From positions 51,213 through 115,212 of the forward strand of contig JAQTPI010000002.1 in the NCBI GenBank assembly GCA_028748975.1: DNA of 64,000 bases, given 5' to 3'. Origin of the DNA: Patescibacteria group bacterium (GTDB lineage Bacteria; Patescibacteriota; Patescibacteriia; UBA2196). The translations under genes were made by a program, and so were the position numbers. Shown piece after piece: positions 18,881 through 29,259 of the stretch; the stretch's first letter is position 1; each line of letters starts with the position of its first letter. A model generated the notes under the pieces. The model was not told where the DNA came from. It made no database searches and saw nothing but the letters and a program-made list of their open reading frames with translations.

Positions 18881-18889
18881 TCTTTTTAT

Positions 18890-19187
18890 GCCACTTTCTT
18901 TGGACAAAGATTTTTTGCCACCTTTTTATAAAGGTGGCGCCAAAAGCGCCGCTGTAAAAAAGTTTTGACAAAAGCGGCCTCGTCGTCACTAATTTTGTTA
19001 ACTCCTTGTTCCGCCTCGTTGCGCTCAACTCGGCGGAACTGCGTCAGACAGAAGCAAAATTTTTTTGACTGCGGTCAAAAATCGTTCCGACTCAGCTCGC
19101 TTTTATACCAAAACTTTTTTAAGGCGGCAGTCACGACGATAACGTAATTGTTTTAATGTTTTCATGTTTTAATGTTTTAATGCTTTT
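18890..19187. repeat. Element A copy 2
   Basis: Collinear with 4654-4987. Occupies the whole mreB-mreC spacer. Confidence 0.6.
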
Positions 19188-19973
19188 ATGTCTCACCGTC
19201 GAACTTTTTACATTATTTTGGCAATAGTTATTATCCTGGGCGGGCACTATTTGGGTTTGTGGCGGCCAATTGAGCGGCTGGCGACCAGAGCTTTGAGTTA
19301 TCCTTTAACCGCCGGCTATTCCTGGGGCCGTGATTTTTTTTCTTTTTTTGGCCGTTTCCAAAATAACGCCGATCTAAAAAAAGAAAACCAAGATCTAAAA
19401 GAACGAACAGCGGTTTTGGATGGAGAAATAATTTCTCTGAAGGAAGCCCTGCGCCAGAAAGGCATAACCGATGAGCAATTGGAATTTTTAAAGCAAGAAA
19501 AATTAAAAGCGGTTTTGGCGCGGGTGATTACTCGAGGCGTGGAAAATAATCCTAACCAGCTGATTATCGATAAGGGCGCGCGTGATGGGATTAAAAATGG
19601 TTTGGTAATTTTGGGCCGGGGCGGAGTGGTGGTTGGCAGGGTGACAAGAGTTGAAGACACCAGCGCCCAGATTTTACTTTTAACCGATACAAGCGTGGAG
19701 ATGGGCGCGGCAGATGTTGATGGCGGGCTTTTGGGCGTTGTTAAAGGCAATAAAGATTTAAGCTTGCGCCTTAATTATGTTTTGAAAGAGAAAAAAATAA
19801 CTAAAGGCGATATCATCATAACTTCCGGCGAGAAAGATTTGATACCGGCCGGACTTTTAATCGGAGAAATTGACCAGGTTTTTGAAGATGAGCGGGAAAT
19901 TTTTAAATCCGCTCGTTTGACGCAGCCGGTTGATGTTGCCAATACGGATATTGTGAGTGTAATTTTATTTTGA
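19188..19973 (+). CDS. mreC: rod shape-determining protein MreC
   Basis: N-terminal transmembrane helix, coiled coil, MreC beta-domain pattern. Operon position. Confidence 0.8.
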   Translation: MSHRRTFYIILAIVIILGGHYLGLWRPIERLATRALSYPLTAGYSWGRDFFSFFGRFQNNADLKKENQDLKERTAVLDGEIISLKEALRQKGITDEQLEFLKQEKLKAVLARVITRGVENNPNQLIIDKGARDGIKNGLVILGRGGVVVGRVTRVEDTSAQILLLTDTSVEMGAADVDGGLLGVVKGNKDLSLRLNYVLKEKKITKGDIIITSGEKDLIPAGLLIGEIDQVFEDEREIFKSARLTQPVDVANTDIVSVILF

Positions 19974-20476
19974 TTATGCTGAAAAAAATTATCATAAATT
20001 TAATTCTTTTATTTTTTGTCTTTTGGCTCTCGTTTACTTTTTTTTCTTCCAGAGCCATCTATTTTAATCCGTTTTTGGTAATTTTGGTTTATCTTCTAAT
20101 GTTTTCGGAAAGTGAAATTCAATTATTATGGATTTTGGGGGCGGGGATTTTATTTGACCTGTTTTCAGCCTTGCCTTTTGGTTCGCATCTGATTATTTTT
20201 TGTTTGTTGTTTTTGGGCGGAACATATTTGTTGGAACATTTTTTCACCAAGCGTGCTTTTTCCACCATGGTAATTTTAATTTTAATTGTCAATTCGGTTT
20301 TTTTGATTTTTTTACAATTGGAAAAAATATTACTGGGGTTCTTTAATGTTTCTTCTCCTTTTGTTTGGAATTGGTCTGGGGTTTTGCTGCAAATTTTAAG
20401 CAATCTTATTATAGGAGCAATCATGTTCGCGGTTACTAAATTTTTTACTTCACGGTTGAGAATGAACACTATTTAA
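19970..20476 (+). CDS. mreD: rod shape-determining protein MreD
   Basis: Polytopic small membrane protein overlapping the mreC stop. Confidence 0.65.
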   Translation: MIMLKKIIINLILLFFVFWLSFTFFSSRAIYFNPFLVILVYLLMFSESEIQLLWILGAGILFDLFSALPFGSHLIIFCLLFLGGTYLLEHFFTKRAFSTMVILILIVNSVFLIFLQLEKILLGFFNVSSPFVWNWSGVLLQILSNLIIGAIMFAVTKFFTSRLRMNTI

Positions 20477-20616
20477 GAAATAAGGATATAGGGATATAAA
20501 GATGTGTGAAGCTAACCTGTTATATCCTTATTTCCTTATATCTTTATTATCCATCGCTTCGACCATGGGATCCTTCTCCGCCAACTGGCGGATCAGGATG
20601 ATATTTAATTAAAGGT

Positions 20617-21708
20617 ATGAAAAAACTAAAAATTCTAGTCGCCATGTCCGGCGGAGTGGATTCAGCAGTGACCGCGGCATTATTAAAAAAACAAGGCCAG
20701 GAAGTGACTGGCGTTTTTATGATTAATTGGCGCGAAGACGAAGAAAATTTACGAGGCACTTGCGGCTGGGAGAAAGACCAGGCTGATGCGCGCCTGGCGG
20801 CGCAAAAAATCGGCATTAATCTTTTTACTTGGGATTTCAGCGCGGAATACAAGAAATTTGTGTTTGAATATTTTTTAAGCGCTTACCAAGATGGATTAAC
20901 ACCCAATCCCGATACCCTTTGCAATAAACATATAAAATTTGGCGTTTTTTTGGCTAAGGCCCGGGCGCTGGGGTTTGATAAGATTGCCACTGGCCATTAT
21001 GCGCAAATAAAAGAAAAAGACGGGAAACTGGAACTTTTCGCCGGCCGCGACCAGGGCAAAGACCAATCATATTTTTTATATGAACTCGGCCAAAAGGAAT
21101 TGGCGCAAACCCTGTTTCCTTTGGGCAAGATGAAAAAAGAAAAAGTACGCCGGTTGGCCAAAAAATTTGGTTTAAGCGTGGCGGAAAAAAAAGACAGTTA
21201 CGGCATTTGCTATATTGGCGAGAAAAACATGAAAGAATTTTTGGGGCAGTTTATTAAAAAAAATCCGGGGAAAATTGTTGATCAGCAGGGCCAAGTTTTA
21301 GGCGAACACGAGGGCCTCTTTACTTATACTTTGGGGCAGCGGCAGGGAATCGGAGTTGGCGGCCGTGGGCCATTTTATGTGGTGAAAAAGCAGACTGATG
21401 ATAATACCCTGATCGTCACCGATGACCAGAATGATCCGGCGCTGTATAAAAAAGAAGTGATGGTTGATAAGTTAAACTGGACCGCTGGTTGGCCGCCACA
21501 AACACCTTTTAAATGTTGGGCGCGTTTTCGGCATTTACAGGATTTATTTAAGGTTCACACGGAGAACATTAATAATAACCAAATTAGAGTAATTTTTGAT
21601 AAACCAGCGCGCGCGGTGGCCGCTGGACAAGCGTTGGTATTTTATGAGAGAATGGGGTGGTGGCGGAAGGAGTGGAAGGTGATGGGGGGAGGAATTATTA
21701 GCATTTAG
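20617..21708 (+). CDS. mnmA: tRNA-specific 2-thiouridylase
   Basis: PP-loop SGGVDS. Catalytic cysteine pattern. Confidence 0.9.
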   Translation: MKKLKILVAMSGGVDSAVTAALLKKQGQEVTGVFMINWREDEENLRGTCGWEKDQADARLAAQKIGINLFTWDFSAEYKKFVFEYFLSAYQDGLTPNPDTLCNKHIKFGVFLAKARALGFDKIATGHYAQIKEKDGKLELFAGRDQGKDQSYFLYELGQKELAQTLFPLGKMKKEKVRRLAKKFGLSVAEKKDSYGICYIGEKNMKEFLGQFIKKNPGKIVDQQGQVLGEHEGLFTYTLGQRQGIGVGGRGPFYVVKKQTDDNTLIVTDDQNDPALYKKEVMVDKLNWTAGWPPQTPFKCWARFRHLQDLFKVHTENINNNQIRVIFDKPARAVAAGQALVFYERMGWWRKEWKVMGGGIISI

Positions 21709-21714
21709 TATAAT

Positions 21715-21870
21715 CCTGAGGAGGCTCGATAACAATCGGGCCGACGAAGGATCCCGTGGCAGAAAGATAAAATTTACAAAATACTGTCTGCCCATGTTCG
21801 CAGGGTGCCCTTCGTCGCTCGCCTCGCTTCGCTTGAGGCGAAGCGGGCTCCCGCTCCTCAGGGCAGGCTA
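21715..21870. mobile_element. MITE-like element (cctgaggagg...cctcagg variant)
   Basis: Long inverted termini. Internal gatccc / gggatcc motifs as in the gtcatcccgag family. Confidence 0.5.
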
Positions 21871-21876
21871 TAAAAT

Positions 21877-23376
21877 ATGTCCAACAAAACCAAATACCGC
21901 ATCCTGGAAATCATCCCTGGCACCACTTTGTGGCTGACTTTTATTTTGGCCATTGTTTTATCTTTCATCAAACCGCTCTGGGTGATCTATTTTATTATTC
22001 TTTATGATCTTTATTGGTTCATTCGCATTATCTATTTTGTCACTTATCTTTTTATTTCCTGGAAAAGATATCACGATGTCAATAAAATTAATTGGTTTAA
22101 TGAAATTAAAAAAATCGGCGGTTACGAAAAATATTACCATTTGATTGTTTTGCCGACATATAAAGAGGGAATGAAGGTTTTTCGCGATACTTTAAATGGT
22201 TTAGTGGCGGCGGATTACGACAGTAAAAAATTTATTATTATTTTGTCGCGCGAATTGCGCGCCGGCGAAGATTACACCAAAAAATTTTTAGCAGACGCGG
22301 AAATTTTACACCGCGAATTTGATGATAAATTTTATAAATTTTTTACCATAATTCATCCGGTGCCGCCAAAAGAGGAATTGCCGGGCAAGGGTTCCAACGC
22401 TACTTGGGCGGTTAAAAAAATTAAAGAAGAATTCATTGATCCCGAGCACATTCCTTACGAAGATATCATTGTTTCCAATTTTGACAGTGACACGGCGGTC
22501 TATCCGCAATATTTTTCGCGTTTGGTTTACCTTTGGATGACCGCTGACAATCCACACCGCCATTCCTATCAACCATTAACCCTATATAATAATAATATTT
22601 GGGACGCGCCATCTTTTGCGCGCGTGGTGGCTAATTCCACCACCTTTTGGCTGATGGCGGAAAAAGCACGGCCAGAGCGTCTGTTTACTTTTTCGTCGCA
22701 CTCCATGAGTTTCAAGACTTTGGTGGAAGTGAATTATTGGGAAACAGACATTGTGACTGAGGATTCGCGCATTTTTTTGCAATGTTTTGATCATTTTAAC
22801 GGCGAATATTCCACCATCCCGATGTATATTCCCATTTCCATGGATACGGTCATGGGCAAGAATCTTTGGGGCACGATTCAGGGCCAGTATAAGCAAATGC
22901 GGCGCTGGGCCTGGTCAGTGGAGCATTTTCCCTGGATGACGATGCATTTTTCGCGCAACAAAAAAATTCCTTGGGGTAAAAAACTTAAATATTTAATCAA
23001 TCAATCAGAGGGCCAATACAGCTGGGCCACTGGACCGATTTTTATCACGCTTTTGGGACGACTGCCATTATATATTGCTTCCCGCGAGCATTTGTCGTTT
23101 GCGATCATACAAAACGCGCCATTTATTCTGGAGGTACTGATGGCTTTGGCCATGCTCGGGGTGGTGGTAGCTGGATTTATTAACATTTTCTTTTTACCGG
23201 GGCGGCCAGCAAAATACAAAAAAATTAAATGGCTGGCGATGGCCCTGCAATGGCTGCTTTTGCCGATTACCATGATATTTTTTGGTTCAGTGCCGGCTTT
23301 GGACGCGCAGACGCGATTAATGCTCGGCGGTAAATATCGCCTCGGTTTTGACGTGACGGAGAAACATAGAAAATAA
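21877..23376 (+). CDS. polytopic membrane glycosyltransferase-like protein (GT2-like)
   Basis: N- and C-terminal transmembrane helices flank a cytoplasmic domain with an FDSDT DxD-like motif. Confidence 0.45.
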   Translation: MSNKTKYRILEIIPGTTLWLTFILAIVLSFIKPLWVIYFIILYDLYWFIRIIYFVTYLFISWKRYHDVNKINWFNEIKKIGGYEKYYHLIVLPTYKEGMKVFRDTLNGLVAADYDSKKFIIILSRELRAGEDYTKKFLADAEILHREFDDKFYKFFTIIHPVPPKEELPGKGSNATWAVKKIKEEFIDPEHIPYEDIIVSNFDSDTAVYPQYFSRLVYLWMTADNPHRHSYQPLTLYNNNIWDAPSFARVVANSTTFWLMAEKARPERLFTFSSHSMSFKTLVEVNYWETDIVTEDSRIFLQCFDHFNGEYSTIPMYIPISMDTVMGKNLWGTIQGQYKQMRRWAWSVEHFPWMTMHFSRNKKIPWGKKLKYLINQSEGQYSWATGPIFITLLGRLPLYIASREHLSFAIIQNAPFILEVLMALAMLGVVVAGFINIFFLPGRPAKYKKIKWLAMALQWLLLPITMIFFGSVPALDAQTRLMLGGKYRLGFDVTEKHRK

Positions 23377-23409
23377 TTTTTAATTTTAAATTTTTAATTT
23401 TTAAACGAT

Positions 23410-23445
23410 CGGTTTTCTGTTTTTAGACAGAAAACCGATTTTTTG
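23410..23445 (+). terminator. rho-independent terminator
   Basis: cggttttctg...cagaaaaccg hairpin followed by a T-run. Confidence 0.6.
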
Positions 23446-23498
23446 ACTTTTCCTCTAAAAACCAGTAAAATATAGATATCTTAATTATATATAAAAAC

Positions 23499-26225
23499 AT
23501 GTCTTTTTTGACCAAAATTTTCGGCGATGCCAATAAAAGAGTGACGGATAAACTGCGCGGGCGCGTGGAGGGGTTTTTAGTTTGGGAAGAAAAAGTAAAA
23601 AAATTAAAAGAAGAAGATTTTAAGAAAAAAACAGAAGAATTTAAGAAAAAACTGGCGGACAAAGAGTTTGAGGAACAGCAAAAAATTATGGACGAGATTT
23701 TGCCGGAGTGTTTTGCCCTGGTGCGCGAAGCGGCGCGGCGCACTTTGGGACAGCGCCACTATGACGTGCAGTTAGTTGCCGGTATGGTTTTGCATCAGGG
23801 TAATATCGCGGAAATGAAAACCGGTGAAGGCAAAACTTTGTCAGCCACGGCCGCGGTATATCTAAACGCGCTCTCCGGACGCGGGGTGCATGTCATCACT
23901 GTTAATGATTATTTGGCGCGGCGCGACATGGTCTGGATGGGACAGATTTATGATTATCTTGGTTTGACGGTTGGTTGCTTAAATCATGAAAGTGCTTTTT
24001 TATATGATTCGGAATTTAAAGGAAATCAGAAATCAGAAATCAGAAATCAGGGAGAAAAATTAGATATCAAACGCGACTCTGTCGGAGCTTTTAAAGTGGT
24101 GGAGGAATTTTTGCGGCCGGTGGAAAGAAGATTGGCGTACGCGGCGGACATTACCTATGGCACCAACAACGAATATGGTTTTGATTATCTGCGCGACAAC
24201 ATGGTGGCGGATTTGGAACAGAAAGTTCAGCGCGAACTGCATTACTCAATCGTGGATGAAGTTGACTCCATTTTGATTGATGAAGCGCGGACGCCACTGA
24301 TTATTTCGGCGCCAGACAGCGAGGCGACGGACAAATATCGCCAGTTTGCCGAATTGGTTTCGCGCTTGAGTGAAGGCGAGGATTACAATATTGATGAAAA
24401 AATGCGCGCGGCCACCTTGACGGAAGAGGGAATTAAAAAGATGGAAAAAATGCTCGGCGTGGAAAATATTTATACCGACCGCGGGGTGCGCGAAGTCCAT
24501 CACATTGAAAACGCGCTTAAGGCGCGCGTGCTTTTCAAATTAGACCGCGATTATGTGGTCAAAGACGGGGAAGTGATTATCGTGGATGAGTTTACCGGAC
24601 GACTGATGCTTGGCCGGCGTTATTCTGACGGGCTTCATCAGGCGATTGAGGCCAAGGAAGGCGTAAAAATTCAGCAGGAATCGGTGACCATGGCCACCAT
24701 CACTTTTCAAAATTATTTCCGCATGTATAAAAAATTGGCGGGCATGACGGGCACGGCGGCCACGGAAGCGGAAGAATTTGCCAAAATTTATAATCTTGAC
24801 GTGATTCAGATTCCAACCAATAAGCCGATGATTCGGGAAGATCTGGGGGATATAATTTTAAAAACAGAAAAAGAAAAATACGGCGCTATCGTGGAAGAAA
24901 TAAAAACGCGCCACCAATTGGGCCAGCCGGTTTTGGTCGGCACAATTTCCATTGAAAATAATGAACGTCTGGCCGAATTGCTTTCCCGCGAGGGTGTGGA
25001 ACACCGCGTCTTGAATGCCAAACAGCATGAAAAAGAAGCGGAAATTATCGCACAAGCCGGCCGTCTTAAGGCCGTAACCATTGCCACCAACATGGCTGGC
25101 CGCGGCGTGGACATAATTCTTGGTGGCAATCCTTCAACAGAAGAAGAACAGGAGGAAGTGAAGAAATTGGGCGGACTTTGTGTCATTGGCACCGAGCGGC
25201 ACGAAAGCCGGCGCATTGACAATCAACTGCGCGGCCGCACTGGGCGCCAGGGCGACCCGGGTTCTTCCCAATTTTTTGTTTCCATGGAAGATGATTTAAT
25301 GCGTATTTTCGGCGGGGAGAGAATGAAAAATTTGATGAACAGTTTGGGTTTGCCCGAGGGCATGCCGATTAAAAACAGGATGATTTCCAATTCCATTGAA
25401 AAAGCCCAACAAAAAGTAGAGGGGCATAATTTTGATATCAGAAAACACCTGGTGGAGTATGACGATGTGATTAATAAACACCGGGAAGTGATTTATAAGA
25501 AACGGAATCAAATACTAACAACTGACAATAAACAACTAACAACTGACAATAAACAACTAACAACTGACAATAAACAACAAATTTTATCATACGTGAAAGA
25601 AGAAATTGAGACAGTGGTTAAATTTCATACGCAAAGCGAAAATAATTGGAACTTGAAAGAAATCTATGAAGTGATGGATACGGTTTTTCCATTAACAGGC
25701 GAAGAAAAGATAGATTATGAAAGCATTAAAGCATTAAAACATGAAAACAAAACAGAGCAAGAAAAATTAATAGATTATCTTTTTGGCTTGGCGGAAAAAC
25801 AATATAATTTATTGGAAAATAAAATAAACAGCGATGAAAATTTGAAAAAGCAATTTAACGGCGCGGAACCGATGCGTTTGGTGGAACGGTCAATATTACT
25901 CCGCGCGATTGATATGCTGTGGGTGGAACACATTGACCAAATGGATCACATGCGCACGGGCATCGGACTCGTGGGTTATGGGCAAAAAGATCCGCTGGTG
26001 GAATATAAGCGCGAGGCCTACCGGATGTTTAATGATCTTCTAACTAATATCAGAAAACAGGTGGTATACAGTATTTTCAAAATATCTATTACTAACAACC
26101 AACAAACAACTAACAACTTACAACAACCATCAGCAGTTGATAAAAATCAAAAACACAAAGTCGGCAGAAACGATCCATGCCCATGCGGATCTGGCAAGAA
26201 ATACAAAAAGTGCTGTGGAAAATAA
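23499..26225 (+). CDS. secA: preprotein translocase subunit SecA (with lineage-specific low-complexity inserts)
   Basis: DEAD-like motor motifs. C-terminal zinc-binding [13 protein letters not shown]. Inserts at 24021-24053, 25512-25578, 25717-25750 and 26089-26128. Confidence 0.9.
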   Translation: MSFLTKIFGDANKRVTDKLRGRVEGFLVWEEKVKKLKEEDFKKKTEEFKKKLADKEFEEQQKIMDEILPECFALVREAARRTLGQRHYDVQLVAGMVLHQGNIAEMKTGEGKTLSATAAVYLNALSGRGVHVITVNDYLARRDMVWMGQIYDYLGLTVGCLNHESAFLYDSEFKGNQKSEIRNQGEKLDIKRDSVGAFKVVEEFLRPVERRLAYAADITYGTNNEYGFDYLRDNMVADLEQKVQRELHYSIVDEVDSILIDEARTPLIISAPDSEATDKYRQFAELVSRLSEGEDYNIDEKMRAATLTEEGIKKMEKMLGVENIYTDRGVREVHHIENALKARVLFKLDRDYVVKDGEVIIVDEFTGRLMLGRRYSDGLHQAIEAKEGVKIQQESVTMATITFQNYFRMYKKLAGMTGTAATEAEEFAKIYNLDVIQIPTNKPMIREDLGDIILKTEKEKYGAIVEEIKTRHQLGQPVLVGTISIENNERLAELLSREGVEHRVLNAKQHEKEAEIIAQAGRLKAVTIATNMAGRGVDIILGGNPSTEEEQEEVKKLGGLCVIGTERHESRRIDNQLRGRTGRQGDPGSSQFFVSMEDDLMRIFGGERMKNLMNSLGLPEGMPIKNRMISNSIEKAQQKVEGHNFDIRKHLVEYDDVINKHREVIYKKRNQILTTDNKQLTTDNKQLTTDNKQQILSYVKEEIETVVKFHTQSENNWNLKEIYEVMDTVFPLTGEEKIDYESIKALKHENKTEQEKLIDYLFGLAEKQYNLLENKINSDENLKKQFNGAEPMRLVERSILLRAIDMLWVEHIDQMDHMRTGIGLVGYGQKDPLVEYKREAYRMFNDLLTNIRKQVVYSIFKISITNNQQTTNNLQQPSAVDKNQKHKVGRNDPCPCGSGKKYKKCCGK

Positions 26226-26561
26226 AAAGTCCTTAGACCGAAGTCTAAGGACGAATGAGTGGATCCCCTGGGAGCCAGTTATTCCCCGCCTGGGGCTCCT
26301 CCGCGCCTGGGATTTTTCACCCTCTTTCGAGAGACCTCAGGTTAAAAAGAGGTGGCGGGCCAGATGCTGCCTGCATAGGGATCCGTTGGCAGCCCACGCT
26401 CTAAACCAGTTAAAGCTTAACTGACTTAGAGCGTGGGCCATCCTGATCTGGCATGTTCCGGTAAGTATAGCATACTAGATATACACCTGTCAAGTACTTA
26501 GTGTGGATTCATCATTGAACATAAAAAATACCACAGGGCTTAAGAATTAAAAAATAAACAT

Positions 26562-27194
26562 ATGACTAAAAATAAAAAAAATGACATCTACAAACAACTG
26601 GCGGATTTTGTGTATGAAACCAGCATCCACAGTAAAACGCCGCGGTCCGGGTTTTGGTTTTTGGGCAGCGGCACGCAGTCAGTGGCGGAACATTTGTTTC
26701 ACACAGCCATGATTGCCTACACCCTGACCTATCTGGAACCCAAAGCCGATAAGCAAAAAGTAATTTTGATGGCCTTGCTCCATGACATTGGCGAAGGGCG
26801 GGTTTCTGACCATAATTACGTGCACCAGCGTTATGGAAAATTGGCGGAAACGGAGGCGGTGAGAGACATTTCACTCAGCGTGCCTTTTGGCGGGGAAATT
26901 TTAAAACTATTTGAGGAAGAAAAAGAACGGAAGACTCTGGAAGCAAAATTGGTCAGAGACGCCGATCAGTTGGAATGGATCGCGACTTTGCGCGGGGAAG
27001 AGGTGAAGGGAAATGGCAAAGCCAAAGAATGGATTTTTATTGCTTCCAAAAGATTAAAAACCGAGGCTGGCCAGAAATTAGGCGAGGTTTTAATGAAAAA
27101 TCATCCGGATTCTTGGTTTTTTGATGCGAAAGATGCTTGGTTTGTTGACCGGAAAGTTAAACATCAAAAATGGGGTGTTAAAGGAAAAAAATAA
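26562..27194 (+). CDS. HD-domain phosphohydrolase
   Basis: H...HD motif LLHDIGE. Confidence 0.65.
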   Translation: MTKNKKNDIYKQLADFVYETSIHSKTPRSGFWFLGSGTQSVAEHLFHTAMIAYTLTYLEPKADKQKVILMALLHDIGEGRVSDHNYVHQRYGKLAETEAVRDISLSVPFGGEILKLFEEEKERKTLEAKLVRDADQLEWIATLRGEEVKGNGKAKEWIFIASKRLKTEAGQKLGEVLMKNHPDSWFFDAKDAWFVDRKVKHQKWGVKGKK

Positions 27195-27195
27195 A

Positions 27196-27217
27196 ACTCA
27201 CCAACAAGGTGGTGAGT
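27196..27217. terminator. bidirectional hairpin terminator (T-run on the minus strand)
   Basis: actcacc aacaa ggtgagt. Confidence 0.45.
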
Positions 27218-27236
27218 GATAACTGATGAATATGGA

Positions 27237-27431
27237 TTAATCGCTCTGTTTCTTAAATACAACTGGAAACAATTTACCATGATTCAGATAATTAAGCGTT
27301 GAACAGGTTACTGCCAACAAAATAAAGAAAAAAACAATAGCCCATGTGTTTTTTATACCCCCCTCAATATGCAAGACAAGGGCAAAAATAGTGCATACCA
27401 CAGAAAGAGCCAAAAAATCACTGAGACGCAC
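27237..27431 (-). CDS. small membrane protein
   Basis: Hydrophobic 64-aa ORF with a minus-strand terminator downstream. Confidence 0.3.
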   Translation of the reverse strand: MRLSDFLALSVVCTIFALVLHIEGGIKNTWAIVFFFILLAVTCSTLNYLNHGKLFPVVFKKQSD

Positions 27432-27521
27432 TTTAGCCTCCTTTCAGGTTATATTATTAGTATATTTAGTATATTAAGTATATTATAGCGCATCTAGATT
27501 TTTTTGTCAATACCTTAAAAT

Positions 27522-28190
27522 ATGGCCAGAATTAAAGTGAAAAAAGAAAAATTAGTGGACTTCAGTTTTATGCCAAGCTTGAAATGCACGCTTGCTTGCG
27601 CGCACTGCATGTATGAGGCCGCGCCGGAGAATAAAATAGTTTTAGATATTGAGAAAACCAAAAAATTTATTACCACAATTGATTTTAGTAAAATTAATGC
27701 CATGGGGTTTTATGGCGGTGAAATTTCAACAGATTACAAAAGATACCAAAGTTTTATTGATTTGATACCCAAAAATGTTATCAAATTTACCATTACTAAT
27801 GGCGCGTGGTCGACTAATAAAAAAAAGATTAAAGAATTTATTACTTTCGTGCGCAAAAATAAATTACAGGTATTTATTAGTAAGACTAAATTTCATAAAC
27901 CATTTCAAAACAGCGCAGTTTTGAGGGAGCTGGCCAAAAAATATAATTTTACCCTGAAAGATGAGGATCAAATTATTCCTATGGGCCGGGCCAGGAAGAA
28001 AAAATGGACCTGTTCAAAAAAGTGCTTGACTTATGCTGGTCCAACGAGATTAACACTGAATCCAAGAGGAGAAATTATGTTTTGTAACTGCGACGGTGTT
28101 TATCCAATAATCGGCACAGCTAATGAAAATTTTAGTATGGTGGTGGAAAGGGGACTTAACATTAAAAATTTTTGTGAGAAGTTACGATAA
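27522..28190 (+). CDS. radical SAM protein (small, single 4Fe-4S cluster domain, NrdG/QueE-like)
   Basis: CxxxCxxC (CTLACAHC) near the N-terminus. Additional C-terminal cysteines. Confidence 0.55.
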   Translation: MARIKVKKEKLVDFSFMPSLKCTLACAHCMYEAAPENKIVLDIEKTKKFITTIDFSKINAMGFYGGEISTDYKRYQSFIDLIPKNVIKFTITNGAWSTNKKKIKEFITFVRKNKLQVFISKTKFHKPFQNSAVLRELAKKYNFTLKDEDQIIPMGRARKKKWTCSKKCLTYAGPTRLTLNPRGEIMFCNCDGVYPIIGTANENFSMVVERGLNIKNFCEKLR

Positions 28191-28219
28191 AATGATTTTA
28201 TAAATTAATTATTATTCAT

Positions 28220-29053
28220 ATGAAAATAGGATTTATTGGCCAGGGCTGGATTGGAAAAAATTACGCGGATAATTTTGAATATCGCGGTTTTAATATTGTG
28301 CGCTATGGCTTGGAGCCGGAATATGCCGGCAATAAAGAAAAAATTAAGGAGTGCGACATTGTTTTTCTGGCCGTGCCGACGCCAAGCACGCCCACCGGCT
28401 TTGATTTCAGTATTGTGGACCAAGCGCTAAATTTGATTGGCCAGGGCAAAACAGCGGTCATCAAATCCACAATTTTGCCGGGCACAACCGAAGAATTGCA
28501 AAGAAAGCACCCCGATATCATTGTTTTGCATTCGCCGGAATTTTTAACCGAAGCCACGGCCAAATTTGACGCCTGGTATCCGGACAGGAATATTGTTGGT
28601 TACGTTGATAAAAAGGGGGCGGAGGCGGCGGACAAAGTCATGGATGTTTTACCAGTCGCTTCTTTTAAAGCGATTATTCCGGCCAAAGCGGCGGAATTAA
28701 TCAAGTATGGCGGCAATTGCTGGTTTTATCTTAAAATCATCTATATCAATATGCTGTATGATTTGTGCCAAGAAATGGGAATTGATTATGAGTTGGTAAA
28801 AAGGGGGATGAGTTATGACACGCGTATTGGTTATACTCATTTAGATCCCATTCATAAAACTGGTCGGGGAGCGGGCGGACATTGTTTTATCAAGGATTTT
28901 GCCGCTTTCCGGCGTTTGTACGGGGAAATGAAAAAAGATGATGTTTGGGGCAATAAATTTTTGGAGGATTTGGAAAAGAAAAACATTGAGCTATTGAAAT
29001 CAACAAATAAAGATTTGGATTTGTTAAAAGGCGTCTGCGGAGAGAATATCTAA
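28220..29053 (+). CDS. UDP-glucose/GDP-mannose dehydrogenase family protein, short form
   Basis: Rossmann GFIGQGWIG. Catalytic-Cys motif GGHCFIKD (compare GGSCFPKD). At 277 aa it lacks the usual C-terminal domain. Confidence 0.5.
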   Translation: MKIGFIGQGWIGKNYADNFEYRGFNIVRYGLEPEYAGNKEKIKECDIVFLAVPTPSTPTGFDFSIVDQALNLIGQGKTAVIKSTILPGTTEELQRKHPDIIVLHSPEFLTEATAKFDAWYPDRNIVGYVDKKGAEAADKVMDVLPVASFKAIIPAKAAELIKYGGNCWFYLKIIYINMLYDLCQEMGIDYELVKRGMSYDTRIGYTHLDPIHKTGRGAGGHCFIKDFAAFRRLYGEMKKDDVWGNKFLEDLEKKNIELLKSTNKDLDLLKGVCGENI

Positions 29054-29079
29054 TAAATAATTATTATTAAGAAAAATTT

Positions 29080-29259
29080 ATGAAAAAAAATAACATGTTA
29101 GGTTTCTTAGGGTTTCTTGGTTTTTTGGGTTTTTTAGGATTTTTGGGAAAGTATAATGGCTGGAATTATTTAAATTTCCTCCATTTCCTGCATTTCCTCC
29201 ATTTTTTAAGATTTTTACCATCCAAAAAATCTGAAAATAAATTAAATGAAAACTCTTAA
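29080..29259 (+). CDS. possible repeat peptide (LGF)x5 (FLH)x3, 59 aa
   Basis: Open frame through the tandem-repeat DNA at 29101-29206. No SD. May be non-coding. Confidence 0.15.
   Translation: MKKNNMLGFLGFLGFLGFLGFLGKYNGWNYLNFLHFLHFLHFLRFLPSKKSENKLNENS

Noticed and set aside
26137-26424. 95-aa ORF overlapping the secA 3' end and GC-rich spacer
   Set aside because: It begins inside secA in another frame and runs through a structured repeat. There is no RBS.
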